Shown here in pieces: positions 12,611 to 24,232 of a stretch of DNA of 64,000 bases. The notes under the pieces were generated by a model, which worked only from the letters and a program-made list of their open reading frames with translations, ran no database searches and was not told the origin of the DNA. Within the stretch, counting starts at the first letter, position 1. Each line of letters opens with the position of its first letter. The translations under genes and the position numbers were made by a program. Source of the DNA: Macrostomum lignano (taxonomy: Eukaryota); NCBI GenBank assembly GCA_002269645.1, contig NIVC01000621.1, positions 248,001 to 312,000 of the forward strand. Direction: 5' to 3'.

Positions 12611-13791
12611 CCCCTGCCTCTAATAAAAAATGTCTTATCTTTAAACAAGAATAGTTTGATAAAAAAGTTGTCTGTAAGGGTTTTTTGTTGGCTGTTGGTA
12701 GGGTAAGTAAGGTTGGTAAGGGTTTTTGCAAGTACTCCAGTCTGTAAACGAATAAACTCATCTTTACAATACTTATTTATCAAAGTGTATCAAAATTTTG
12801 AGTCGAATTGCATTAGTGAAATGGAGCCACCAGCTACCACTGATTTTAATCAGCCTTTGAAAATCGGATTTCATAAATGACTGACAACCTTGTAGGCCGC
12901 ACCCTTCTCGTTGACAGGGTTATCAGTTCGCATGTAAAATCATATATTTTCATTTAAATAATGAGAAAATGTTTGAATTTTCTGTCAATTAAAATATGGG
13001 CAAGAGTTCAGTTTTCTCAAGATGGATAATTTTTTGTCTAAGTCTAAGCCTATAACCACTGATGAAAGACAGTTGGTTAGTCAGCTCTTTTAATTGATAT
13101 GGTAACTGCATGGCTGGTAGCTGCATACTAGCTGGTACATTTACGTGATTGCAAGTCGTTTAAGAAATAGACGCGTTTCTTATAAAAAGTACTCTTTATG
13201 ATTTATGCTTATGATAATATCACCCAAAATTTCTAACTAATCAATATTTTGTAAATATAAAAACAATTTGTAACAAAGCAGATATTGAAAAATATTTGTT
13301 ATAATATTATAATAAAATTATTTACCAAAATAACGTGTGAAAAATTTGTTAATGAAGGCAGAGCAGGTATTTTTGGTAAGCCTAGCTATTTGCCGTGAAC
13401 CCTTTCCTCTGCTTTCCTCTGCTTTCTGGGGTCGGGGTGCTCACTCACAGTAATGGATGAGCCATTCACACTGCCATCAAACAAGCCACCAAATCACACG
13501 ACTTGCTAATTCTAAACCTAAACACATCCAGACCAAATAGTACTCGTAATAGGGTCAGGTGCTCTTGCTATTTTACAATTGGTCCAGAACACTTAAGTTT
13601 AATCTAATAAATAGATTCAGTAGCTATAGGTTTTTAATTCACAGTAAAATTCACACGTTAGTTTAAACAAAACAAAAGAATAATGATAAAATAACAAAAC
13701 GCTTAACTAACTTATTTTTTAAAATTCCAATCACATGACTCATAACCAGTTTCATTTTATGCCGATATATTAGCGTTAGTCATCAGTGTCA

Positions 13792-14940
13792 TTAGTCTTC
13801 GCATAGTTGTTGAAGCTGCTGAAATTCGTACTGACTGAGCACTTTCTGGCCGAGTCCGAAGCAGAGCATGCTTCCGTTCCAGCTATAGTAATCAGAGAGA
13901 CCCTGGCCCAGATGCAGTCGCTCGAACGAGCTCGAAAATTGGGGGGCTGGGAATTTTGAGCCAGTCCAGGAGCCCTCGATGGATCCGTTTATAAAGTGCT
14001 GAGGATAGCTGCCGTTGAATGAGATCCCCATCGAGTTCACTCGGTGCAGACCGTCGGTGGGCAAGGCGGGGGCTGATGTAGAAAAGATACCAAAATTTCT
14101 GTCATTGCTTTTAAAGACATTAATGTTGCATAACCGGTTGGCTGTAGAAAACAGTGAGCTGCCATACGCACCGGATGAATTTAAAAATCGCAGATAGAAT
14201 TTCCATCTGAAATGAAATCAGTTAAAGACGGACCACTTTTACAAATATATAATTTTAAATTCATTAGGCGCAAAATTATACAATCCGACCTCACCTTCCA
14301 TCAAAGATGTGCCTCACTTGGACAAAGGCTGAAAACTCTGATCCATACGCCAACAGCTTGTCAAATCCGGGAGTCTCAGCACTCAGGTATGAGTGAAGGT
14401 AACCCTCAAAGTGAGCACCTTCTGCATCGACTGATACATTGTGAGCAGTCAGACAGAACAGCCTCGGATTGGCCTCAATCTGCAGACCGCTCCTTGAGAA
14501 CTTGTAGAACAGCTTCATTCCTAACTCAGTGAGTTCTGGCTTTTGCACATCTGTAAATGCGATTATGATCTGAATTGTTAGATTTGAGTGATAGACAGCC
14601 TGGTTAATAGGAGTCACTAATATATGAGCCACTCACCGCAGTCTCCGCACAGCACATCGGTGTACTTGTAAGCGTCGCAATCGCCGTCAGTCCATTGCTC
14701 GAGTTGGGAACACGCGTCTCCATGGTAACACTGGCCGGTGCTGATGTCGAAGTGGAATGCGTTGCAGGTGGGCAGTCGGGAGCAGGCGGCGGCGCACTGC
14801 AGCTCATTGGTGAGTCGGTTCGACAGCAGAGCGGCAGACAGAGTTGGGCACCCATTAAATTTGCTGAATGACAGCAGTCTGGCAACCGGGGCTGCGGTTG
14901 CGGAGCTCAGGCAGCACAGCAAGAGAAGAAAGCCTGACAT
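13792..14940 (-). CDS. Secreted PAN/apple + LamG/pentraxin-like protein, copy 2; exons 14940-14637, 14550-14295, 14206-13792 (324 aa)
   Basis: Signal peptide MSGFLLLLCCLSSATA, PAN domain, then a ConA/LamG-like domain. Canonical GTGAG donors and CAG acceptors; spliced length 975 nt, in frame. Confidence 0.8.
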
Positions 14941-15862
14941 CTCAGTAAAAACGTTGTGAAATTGCAGAATTAAAACAAGTTTATTTGCAATCAAGTGATT
15001 TAGAATCTCTTCAATTTTTTCTGGTCTATTACAGTTTCTTTTAGCTTCTTAATTTATGCAGTTTTCTTGCCAACACCAACCTTAAGCTACAGAGCCGCTC
15101 GGCAGGACCGTTGCACGGAAGCACGCTTCCGAACTCGTGTCCGTTTCTTTGTTTTATTTCAACTCAGCTGAATAGGAAGCTGAGTTTCCTGGGCGTGGTT
15201 CTGTGACGGCTTTCTTCCATTCTATCAAGAAAGACAATTGCAGCTGTAAAACAATGCGGAACTATAGTGTCCATTGCCACGAAATTGGCGTCGCTTGTAG
15301 TTTTTTCACTCGTAATGGTGGCTAATGCATCGATTTCTTCAATTTCTAAGACGCTTATAGGTTGACTATTAGACAATTTGCATTGCTTAGCAATTTGACG
15401 ATCATTATTCACATTTTTAATGCAGAACAATCCATTGCTACAAACAATGCATTGTCTGTAGGATCGTCAAACAGAAAAACAATGCAAATAATCAGCGGTC
15501 GCAGTGCGTGACAACGATTGTCTGGCGAGCGCCGGTAGCCGAGCGCCGGTAGCCCGAACCACCGCTGATCATATATCCATTGGCTGGATGGTAAAATTAT
15601 TCCCCTTTTTAGTAGACTTTATAGTAGTAGCTGATGTAGACTATCAAAGACACCGTTTTACACTATTATTTAGGTTTTTTTATAGACCGAAGGTTTCTCG
15701 AATTGAATTTGTCTATGGCCAGACTAAGGCGTCGCCACCGGGGGGGGGGACAGGGGGGACATGTCCACCAGTAAAACCTATGGGGGGACATGCCAATGCT
15801 TTGTCTCCCTATACCTTGTTTACCCGTTATGGATATCAATAATTATGCTTCAGGGCAACAAA

Positions 15863-16777
15863 GTTCGTCCTGGTGCTTGACTGGGTGCTGCGGACTGCTC
15901 TTCCTACCGACGACGACGGTTTTCTGCTGCAGCGACGCGTGGGTCGACGTCAACCGGAGAAGCGGCTCAGCGTGCTTGGCTACGCCGACGACCTCGCCCT
16001 GCTGTCCTCGACCGTCGAGGGCGCCCAACGGCAGCTGGACAGGCTGGTTGCCGTTGCGGCGAGTGTCGGCCTGGTGGTCAACACGCAGAAGACCGTTGTG
16101 CTCTGCGTGCCGGACGACATCGAGGCTGCAATATTTTGCCGAGGCGCTGACGGGCAGGCGACCGAACTCCCGCGATGTCAGCAGTTCGTCTACCTCGGCG
16201 GTCTGGTTCCAGACGCTCGCGAGGACCTGCGACGCCGCCGCGGGCTTGCCTGGGCTGCCTTTCGTTCTGTGAGGGCAGTCCTGCAGTCCGAGGCCCTACC
16301 GGACCGCCAGAGGGCGGCGCTGTTCCAGGCGGTAATCGAGACCGTCCTGCTGTACAACGCCGAGACCTGGACGCTGACGGACTCACTCGAACAGCAAGTC
16401 GATGCGGCGCACGCTGGTCTGCTGCGCGCCGCCTTCAACATCGGCGTCGAGCGAGTCACCAACGCGGCACTCTATCGCCGCGCTGGCCTGCCACGTCCAA
16501 GTGATCTACTGCGCCGTCGGCGACTCCAGCTCGCAGGCCATCTCATCCGCGCCGAGTCGTACTGCCCACAGCCGGTGCAGGAGGTGCTGCTGCTCACGCT
16601 GCAGGCACCCTACTGGCGAGGTCAAGCGCGAACTCGGCGTTACGTCGACTGTCTGCTGGCTGACGCCGGCGCCCCGGACACTGCCGGTGGCGCGGCCTTT
16701 GTTCGCGCCCAAGCCATGAAGCGCGCCCTGTGACGCTGACTTTTACCATCATGACAGCGTATTTTGTTGTTGTTGTT
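15863..16777 (+). mobile_element. 5'-truncated RTE-like non-LTR retrotransposon (RT C-terminal half)
   Basis: FVLVLDWVLR, GYADDLALLS, FVYLG, VLLYNAETWTLT. (TTG)n tail and a candidate 8-bp TSD GCAACAAA at 15855-15862 and 16778-16785. Confidence 0.9.
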
Positions 16778-17446
16778 GCAACAAAACAGCGTCTGCATGC
16801 AGCACCAACATGAGTGCCTGCGGCGCTAAAATGACAGCCTGTTTGTGCCCAGGAGTCAGTAGAATGGGCAAAACGATCTCACATTTCACCGCCTCGAAGG
16901 GTTTTGAGACGATGTCTCCAAAGGCGTATAGCGTCAGGGTGCTCACAGCCCCTGCAGTTAATATTATCTATATCAATAAATTCCGCTAGGAACAATCATT
17001 GGCCAAATTATTTTTAACTAATATTACTCCACGACTTCTCCCCAATGTACATCTACGAGTACCCTATGCGCAAATTTAATCACCTGGCTGCTTTCCTATG
17101 TTCTGTCCGCCCTAATTAACCTTGCATTGGTGTGAAGTAAGTGTGAAATACTGGCCAAAACTACAACTTACTTACTATAAGTAGCTCCGGTGAATCTTCA
17201 TTGCTATTTTAAATAAGGAAATTCAGTCACAATCGCAAGCGATACTTAAGCGACGGCTTTAATCCGTTGAAAATAGAAAATTAAATCGATAATGTACAAT
17301 GCACTCAAAACAGGAGAGCAATTAAATTTTTTGTTTTAATTTTCTGCGTTCATCATGCAACCAAGCTTTTTCAACGCAAACGCTGTGCGATCGTGTCACA
17401 GAGGATTAATGTTAACAGAAAAAAATAATTGGACACAAACGCCTCT

Positions 17447-20400
17447 TCAGACGGCTGTGCGGTCTCTGCGTCGCCAAAAGTTGCCGCCCTGCTGACGTCG
17501 CTGAGCTCTCCTGTTGGCCCGTTGGATGTCAGAGCAGGTCAGGCGCTCCCCCCGGCCGCAGGGGCATTGGCAAGCTTGTCTTCTGTCTGCGTCTGTCAGC
17601 CACCCGATTCGCCTGCGCCTGTTGCGCCTGCCTCGGGGCCTCCAGCACTGCGCGTGGATTGTTATTGTTATTATCATAGTCACAGTCATAAATCATTGTT
17701 ATTATCATAGTCACAATCATAAATCATTGTTATTATCATAGTCACAGTCATAAATCATTGTTATTATCATAGTCACAGTCATAAATCATTGTTATTATCA
17801 TAGTCACAGTCATAAATCATTGTTATTATCATAGTCACAGTCATAAATCATTGTTATTATCATAGTCACAGTCATAAATCATTGTTATTATCATAGTCAC
17901 AGTCATAAATCATTGTTATTATCATAGTCACAGTCATAAATCATTGCTATTATCATAGTCACAGTCATAAATCATTGTTATTATCATAGTCACAGTCATA
18001 AATCATTGTTATTATCATAGTCACAGTCATAAATCATTGTTATTATCATAGTCACAGTCATAAATCATTGCTATTATCATAGTCACAGTCATAAATCATT
18101 GCTATTATCATAGTCACAGTCATAAATCATTGCTATTATCATAGTCACAGTCATAAATCATTGTTATTATCATAGTCACAGTCATAAATCATTGTTATTA
18201 TCATAGTCACAGTCATAAATCATTGTTATTATCATAGTCACAGTCATAAATCATTGTTATTATCATAGTCACAGTCATAAATCATTGTTATTATCATAGT
18301 CACAGTCATAAATCATTGTTATCATCATAGTCACAGTCATAAATCATTGTTATTATCATAGTCACAGTCATAAATCATTGTTATTATCATAGTCACAGTC
18401 ATAAATCATTGTTATTATCATAGTCACAGTCATAAATCATTGTTATTATCATAGTCACAGTCATAAATCATTGCTATTATCATAGTCACAGTCATAAATC
18501 ATTGTTATTATCATAGTCACAGTCATAAATCATTGTTATTATCATAGTCACAGTCATAAATCATTGTTATTATCATAGTCAATCATAAATCATTGTTATT
18601 ATCATAGTCAATCATAAATCATTGTTATTATCATAGTCAATCATAAATCATTGTTATTATCATAGTCAATCATAAATCATTGTTATTATCATAGTCAATC
18701 ATAAATCATTGTTATTATCATAGTCACAGTCATAAATCATTGTTATTATCATAGTCAATCATAAATCATTGTCTTAAGCACTTACCCGCTTGATCTTGCA
18801 CTTGTAGTGACTGTTGGAGGGCAGCAGGACGACCTGATTCCACACGTTCTCCAGATAGGAATTATAGCCCACAAAGATCAGCTGCTGATTCAGTTTCAAT
18901 GGCGCACAGGCGCAGCCCGACTTCAAGACGACTATTTGCACGGAGCCGGGATCCAGGATGTGACCGATGGCCTGGCTGCCAGTGTACAGAACTTTTTTAA
19001 TCTCCAGATGGAGAAGCTTCTCGTAGCCGCCGGCGTACGGCCAGCCCAAGCTGCGAGGTCGGCGAATGGGTGCGGCCATCTGCCATCCAGCCCTGGCGAG
19101 CTTCACCTCGGCAGCTGCAATTCAGAAGACGGAACATTTTTAAACTAACTGATGGCAATCATCTTTATTGGGGCTTATTCACGGAAAATTGGTCGGGGGT
19201 TGTCCTTGAAACCGATGAAGGCCAACCCGCAGTGCACAGAGAGTGTACATACCTGAAGATTAGAAAGTCAGGGTGGCTGCACACCCTGTGTGAGCGTGTG
19301 TGAAATGAGTGTGTGCTTGTGTACAGTATTGGCGCAGCGCTGGTTGTAGGACGCTTTCGACGAAGACGTTGCTGCAAGGAACTCCTGAGAATATTACGCT
19401 CGTAGGTTTTTACGACTGCTGGATATCCCGTGCTGCCGTTCCGACTCTCTCCCGCTCTTCGCGTGGCCCTGCGTAGGTCTTAACAGCTGGGACATCTAAA
19501 CCAGGACCTTCTCAGGGCATACGAGCATAGAACCTTTTCTTAGCATCTCTACTTCCAAAGAAAAACCCACAGTAAGGAATGCCCTTTCTGCCTTTTCGGT
19601 GTTGAGAATGCCAACGAGTAGCCTTTACTTCCTCGCCTTTACTCAGGACAGGCTTACCTATCTCGGCCCAATCTTCGACGCTTCCAGGCCCAAGAGTCTC
19701 TGCCAGCTTGTCCGCTACCTTAGGGCTATTGGTCGAGCGACCGTTCACCTCCTGGACTCTCCGGAGGGGGACTGCGCTGTGGACACCGCGGCATCACTGG
19801 ATCTCTCTGTGCGACACTGCAAAAAAAGCTGCCTGTGGTCGCCAGACGTTAGCTTAACCCCCCTCTGCACCCGGATGCCCGGAGCCCTTGCAGCTAATAC
19901 CATGTACAAATTCGCAAAAATTGTAAAGGAAGAATCCATCTTCTAACCACGGCAATGCAACGAAGACTCGAGGGTCGAAAGAGACTAAAGGGTCGGACGC
20001 CTCACCATTGGGTACACTCACCATACGTGAAGTTTCCATCGCGAAAGTCGCTTTTCTTGAACGGATGTCGACGCCTGACAGTCCTAGACCGGGCTCCTGC
20101 ACCTCGCCTCGGTCGCTTAGCAATGTCGGCAATGTACTGCACCTTGTCGCACTGGATTGAGCTTTTCGCCTGACAGATTTCTATAAAAATAGTTCAATTG
20201 CAAAGATACGTTTTTAAGTTGCGGCTTTACATGTAAGTTCAGCTAATTAGCGAAGTTCACGGCCGCCCGCAAGGTGCAATAAAATAGGCCAACTACTCGT
20301 ATATAGGAAGAAAGCACGTGACCTGAAACTTTCCTAGAAGTCAGGGGCTTGCTTGCCCTTTTTTATCTGCGCAGACGATTTGCCCCTTGTTGACCGTCTG

Positions 20401-21670
20401 GCTGGGTTTCTACCTCTTTTAATTGTCTGCTGAGGTGCACGACGTTTCATCGGCTTTCCAATTTTGTAAAGTCTGACTAAACTTTTACGACCGCAAACTT
20501 CTTATAAAACCTGGCAAGCCCTGCCAAATTGGAAAGGACCAATATCTGATGGACATTTATTGGCCGATGGGGGCGAATCTTTTATGGCTTGGTTTTTTAG
20601 TACCGCCGCAGGATACATGCTAGGATATGCAAAGGAGATATTGCAATATGGCAAAACCGATTGCCAATTATTTGTAACTTGTGCCCCCGCCTGACCTGTT
20701 GGACTTTTATGGCTCAATTTTTTGTTGTGTCTGACGCTGACCAATGATTTATTTCACTTTCGGGGGCGCTTGAACTTATGGTAATCGACCAGACGAAGGG
20801 ATGAACTTGACTGCTAGTTAAAGACAGACGAACAGACAGACAGACAGCATGGACACTCGGTTTTCTTAGAAATGAGCTGGAATGTTTCGAGGAATGGGAT
20901 TTTTCCAGCGCGGATTTTCTCGACCGAATGTTTCTATGGCGACACCAGGAATGGAGTGGAGAGTCGCTGTCGAGAAATGGAGGCACCGACAGCCATAATG
21001 GCTACGGACCTGATGATGTCCATGAGACAGACACTAAATCATGCAATTCGAAGACAGAACAGGACAGTGACATTGTAGGACACACTACAAAGCAGACTGA
21101 AAACGGCAAAAAAATCGCATGGAAACATGCGAGGACGAGCGGGGCTCACCCAAGGATTACTTTAGTTACTTTACTTTAGTCATCCTTGGGCTCACCAGTG
21201 TCGTTGCCAATTTCAGCCGTCTCCTGATCAACTTTCGGTTCCGCCGCATCGATGGCCCGATCGTCCCGCTGGCCAACCGGGCGGCTCCAGTCGGCGCAGA
21301 GCTGGGTGGGCAGCTCGTTGCACAGCTTCTCATTGACTGGCACATAGGCGATGAACGTCAGTTCGCTGATTCTGCAGCTGCGGAAGACTCGCTGACAGCT
21401 CTGACTGCAGATCGGGTCCTCCATAGTTGTTGGCGCCAGGCTGGCAGGCAGGATGCAGCGGAGGCTGCGCACGTTGCACACGATGCTTAGCAGCTGGTCG
21501 TGGCAGCTCTGACCTTGAAAGCGGCGCAGGTTGAGACCGCGGCAGGCGTTCTTAACGGCTGAGTCCTGGCACATCCGCATCAGCTGTTGCTCCTGCGACA
21601 TTGACTGTTCGCCAGTGGCCGAGGCTGCTAACAGAGTGACTAGGAACCACTGCAACATCCTCTGCGGCAT
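17447..21670 (-). CDS. Secreted frizzled-related protein-like, sFRP3/4 (FRZB)-type; exons 21670-21196, 19114-18786, 17647-17447 (334 aa)
   Basis: Exon 1: signal peptide plus a 10-Cys Frizzled CRD pattern (C-x8-C, C-x6-C, PIC-x3-C-x6-C, C..LP..LC). Exon 2: NTR segment SGCACAPLKLNQQLIFVGY, resembling FRZB SGCLCPPLNVNEEYIIMGY. Donors GTGAGC and GTAAGT, CAG acceptors; phases 1 and 0 join in frame. Confidence 0.8.
17659..18772. repeat. 31-bp AT-rich minisatellite (~36 copies) filling sFRP-like intron 2
   Basis: Unit CACAGTCATAAATCATTGTTATTATCATAGT. Confidence 0.95.
19230..19340 (+). mobile_element. Diverged copy of the SINE family B central domain
   Basis: GAAGGCCAACCC..GTGTACAT..GCTGCACACCCTGTGTGAG..GTGTGCTTGTGTACAGTAT aligns to 12410-12515. 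Confidence 0.55.
19440..19760 (+). mobile_element. Degenerate 3' end of an I-group (I/R1/Loa-like) LINE ORF2
   Basis: Broken frames give GHLN, CPFC..GVE and AFTQDRLTYLG..LVRYLRAIGR, the typical post-RNase H zinc-knuckle tail. Confidence 0.55.
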
Positions 21671-23150
21671 GCTCAAAAGACCTTTTTGCTAATCGTATGA
21701 GACGGTTGTTGAAAGAAAACAAGTTGACTGACGAGCAAATTTCAGTTGAGGCGAAAGATCCTGCACTGCTGTGGGGCCGCAATTTATACTCGAAGATTGA
21801 GAGAGGATCCTCATTGCACCGCCCGGCTTCGCTCACACAAAATCTTCCACTCCACTCCTTTCTCCGGATCTTAGTACCCCCGCCCGCCCCTTGTTAGCAA
21901 CAGCGTTTTACGACTTTCGGCCGGCCCAAATTTGGCCTGCGAACTCGCTTTCCCGCCCTCGCGTCGACTGGTCAACCGCCGGTTTTTATGACGCTTAATT
22001 TTTTTTCTTTTCTTCTCTTTCATTTCTTCCAGCGGGTCCGAGACGGCCGAAGTGAAAACTTGCCAAAATGGTCTAGAACAAGATTGCTCTCTGCCTCCCA
22101 GTCTCCCAGTCTGCATCTGATTTGGCAACGCGTCCAGACAAATTTTATGCCCCACTATTAATTGCTCCTCCAAGCGCGAGACTTTGTCGGCGGCTTCTTT
22201 TTCGGAAATCTTTAACTTCTGCGGAGCCGCGTCAACACTCGCACAGGCCGATTTAGCAAAGTGCCCGTCGCACTAAACGTCGTCGTAGAACTGCAATGAT
22301 GAAGAGTAGAGCTTGGCATCGATCGCGTTTTTCGGCCCTACATCAGTGCTGAATTGGCTTCCACCACTGAGATGACGGTCATAAATCGAATGCAGTTTTC
22401 TTACTTACAAGAAAACCCGCGGGAATCCTACGACGCCGACAAAGGAGAGAGGATTAGCCATTGAGGCAATTGGTCAGTTTCGGCAATCTGGGAGCAAAAT
22501 AACGGAGCTTGCACAGTTTATCATTGCCGCTGGATAAAGCTAATGCAAGCGACGAAAATGCAACGTCTGCCCCGAGACAACTGTTTCTAGGGTGTTAACA
22601 TTGTTTCTAAAGGACCACTGGGATGGGACTTTTATTTCTTGTGAATAGTGATAGCTTTTTTAAGACAAGTTTTAACCATTTTTTACTTGAAAAAAGGGAG
22701 GTGTTTTCGAAGTTTAACGTAATAAGTAATGCTATAGCGGTTTTATAACTGCATTAATGTCAAAAAATTATTTTCTAGTTTTTTTGTTTTATTTCGTTCA
22801 TTAGGTCGTCTCAAATACTATAAAAAATCAGCACCAATAATAATAATAATGTTTATTATAAAACATTTTTATTTAAAAAATAGGTCTTGAGAACCTTTTA
22901 AAACTAGTTTTAATCTTGAATCATTTGAACGCTGGAACGTTTCGTTTTTTCGATTGTTACCGAAAAAATGGTTTAAAGCGACTCGCGAGTAAGGAAAAGC
23001 AGTACAAATAAGTTTATTTGATTTCAGCTCCCGTGGGCCATCAAATGTAGCAATACGCGCAACAAATGCTGAATTGGAGTCTGTCTCTGGTCGCCACAGA
23101 CTTTTGTTTTCTTAGTTCATGAAACATTTTGGGGATTTGAGCAGGAGGTT

Positions 23151-23640
23151 GTGTGCACCCTGGTGTGTGCACCCTGGTGTGTGCACCCTGGTGTGTGCAC
23201 CCTGGTGTGTGCACCCTGGTGTGTGCACCCTGGTGTGTGCACCCTGGTGTGTGCACCCTGGTGTGTGCACCCTGGTGTGTGCACCCTGGTGTGTGCACCC
23301 TGTGTGCACCACTTTAAGCGACATTGTCACATAACCGGCGAGAGGCATTACGCCCATTCCGCCGACTCCCCTGAGCAGGCGCACAAGCGCGCAGATACGT
23401 ACGCAGTCATACGCACAGGCACACACTCACACAGGAGTGTACAGCGGCCCTAACTTTATTTATCGGCAAGCATGTGCACTTCACTGTGCCTTAAGGGGTA
23501 GGCCCTCAAGGCCGTTAATTGCACGAGCAGAGCCAAGCCGAGATTCCAATTTAGCCCCGAATTAATGCGACTGCACTTGGAATCGAGCCTGGGCCGCTGG
23601 TACATCAGAGCGCCGCGCTAGACCGCTGGGCTACGGGACC
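23151..23640 (-). mobile_element. tRNA-Glu-like SINE (family B), full head, with a 3' tail of ~11 x 14-bp tandem repeats (23151-23300)
   Basis: Head GGTCCCGTAGCCCAGCGGTCTAGCGCGGCGCTCTG..GCGGCCCAGGCTCGATTCC (A and B boxes, tRNA-Glu-like). Tail unit GTGTGCACCCTGGT on the plus strand. Confidence 0.75.
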
Positions 23641-24232
23641 CCAAAAAGGATTCCAGCTAGTTAGTAGTTAATTAGCAACTATAGCGTCAACCAGCAAAAC
23701 CAGGAAACAACTTGCCCACTAAATCTGAAACTTGGCATAATCTGGATCAGCTTCTTATGCGAAGAAACAAATGAACAGCGCCGTAGGTCGGTGCTTGAAA
23801 CTGCACTTCTTGACTAAGGTTGCTGGATTTTTAAGACTTTTTGGATTAGCCATAGCTAGTAAGACAATTAGCGTTGGAAAATTCGTGTGGACCCTATATT
23901 TTGATACCGTGATACCTTCACCAATTTTCTATGTTGCTAAATATAGTTAACTTCACACGAGCGCAGCTCTTATTTTCGGCCCATTTTTCATATTGTACAT
24001 TTAGCTGTTTGGACACACAGCCCAATGGTCAGCAAAGTAAATTTGTGCAACGGCAAGACAGATACTGTAGCTGAGTACTCTCTATCACTCTATAAAATAT
24101 GAGTAGTCGCATCGCAAAGAAACGAGCAACCTCAACACCTGAGCTACACCTCAGAAAGCGCATTAATGCACTAAAAAGACCAGCAAGCCTTTGAAAGACA
24201 CAAATTTCAGAAAACTTTTTAAGCCTACAAGA

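Noticed and set aside
15164-15430. ORF faintly resembling a hAT transposase segment
   Set aside because: No diagnostic motif; too weak to call.
15725-15795. G-rich tract (possible G-quadruplex or transposon end)
   Set aside because: Resembles generic GC-rich DNA-transposon termini; no partner end found.
21176-21676. Stand-alone secreted CRD protein as given by the ORF track
   Set aside because: A GTGAG donor at 21195 joins in phase to an NTR exon, so the spliced sFRP model explains more; the ORF also starts at TTG rather than ATG 21670.
21871-22173. Basic 100-aa ORF upstream of the sFRP-like gene
   Set aside because: No ATG start, no recognisable domain, no clear splice partner.
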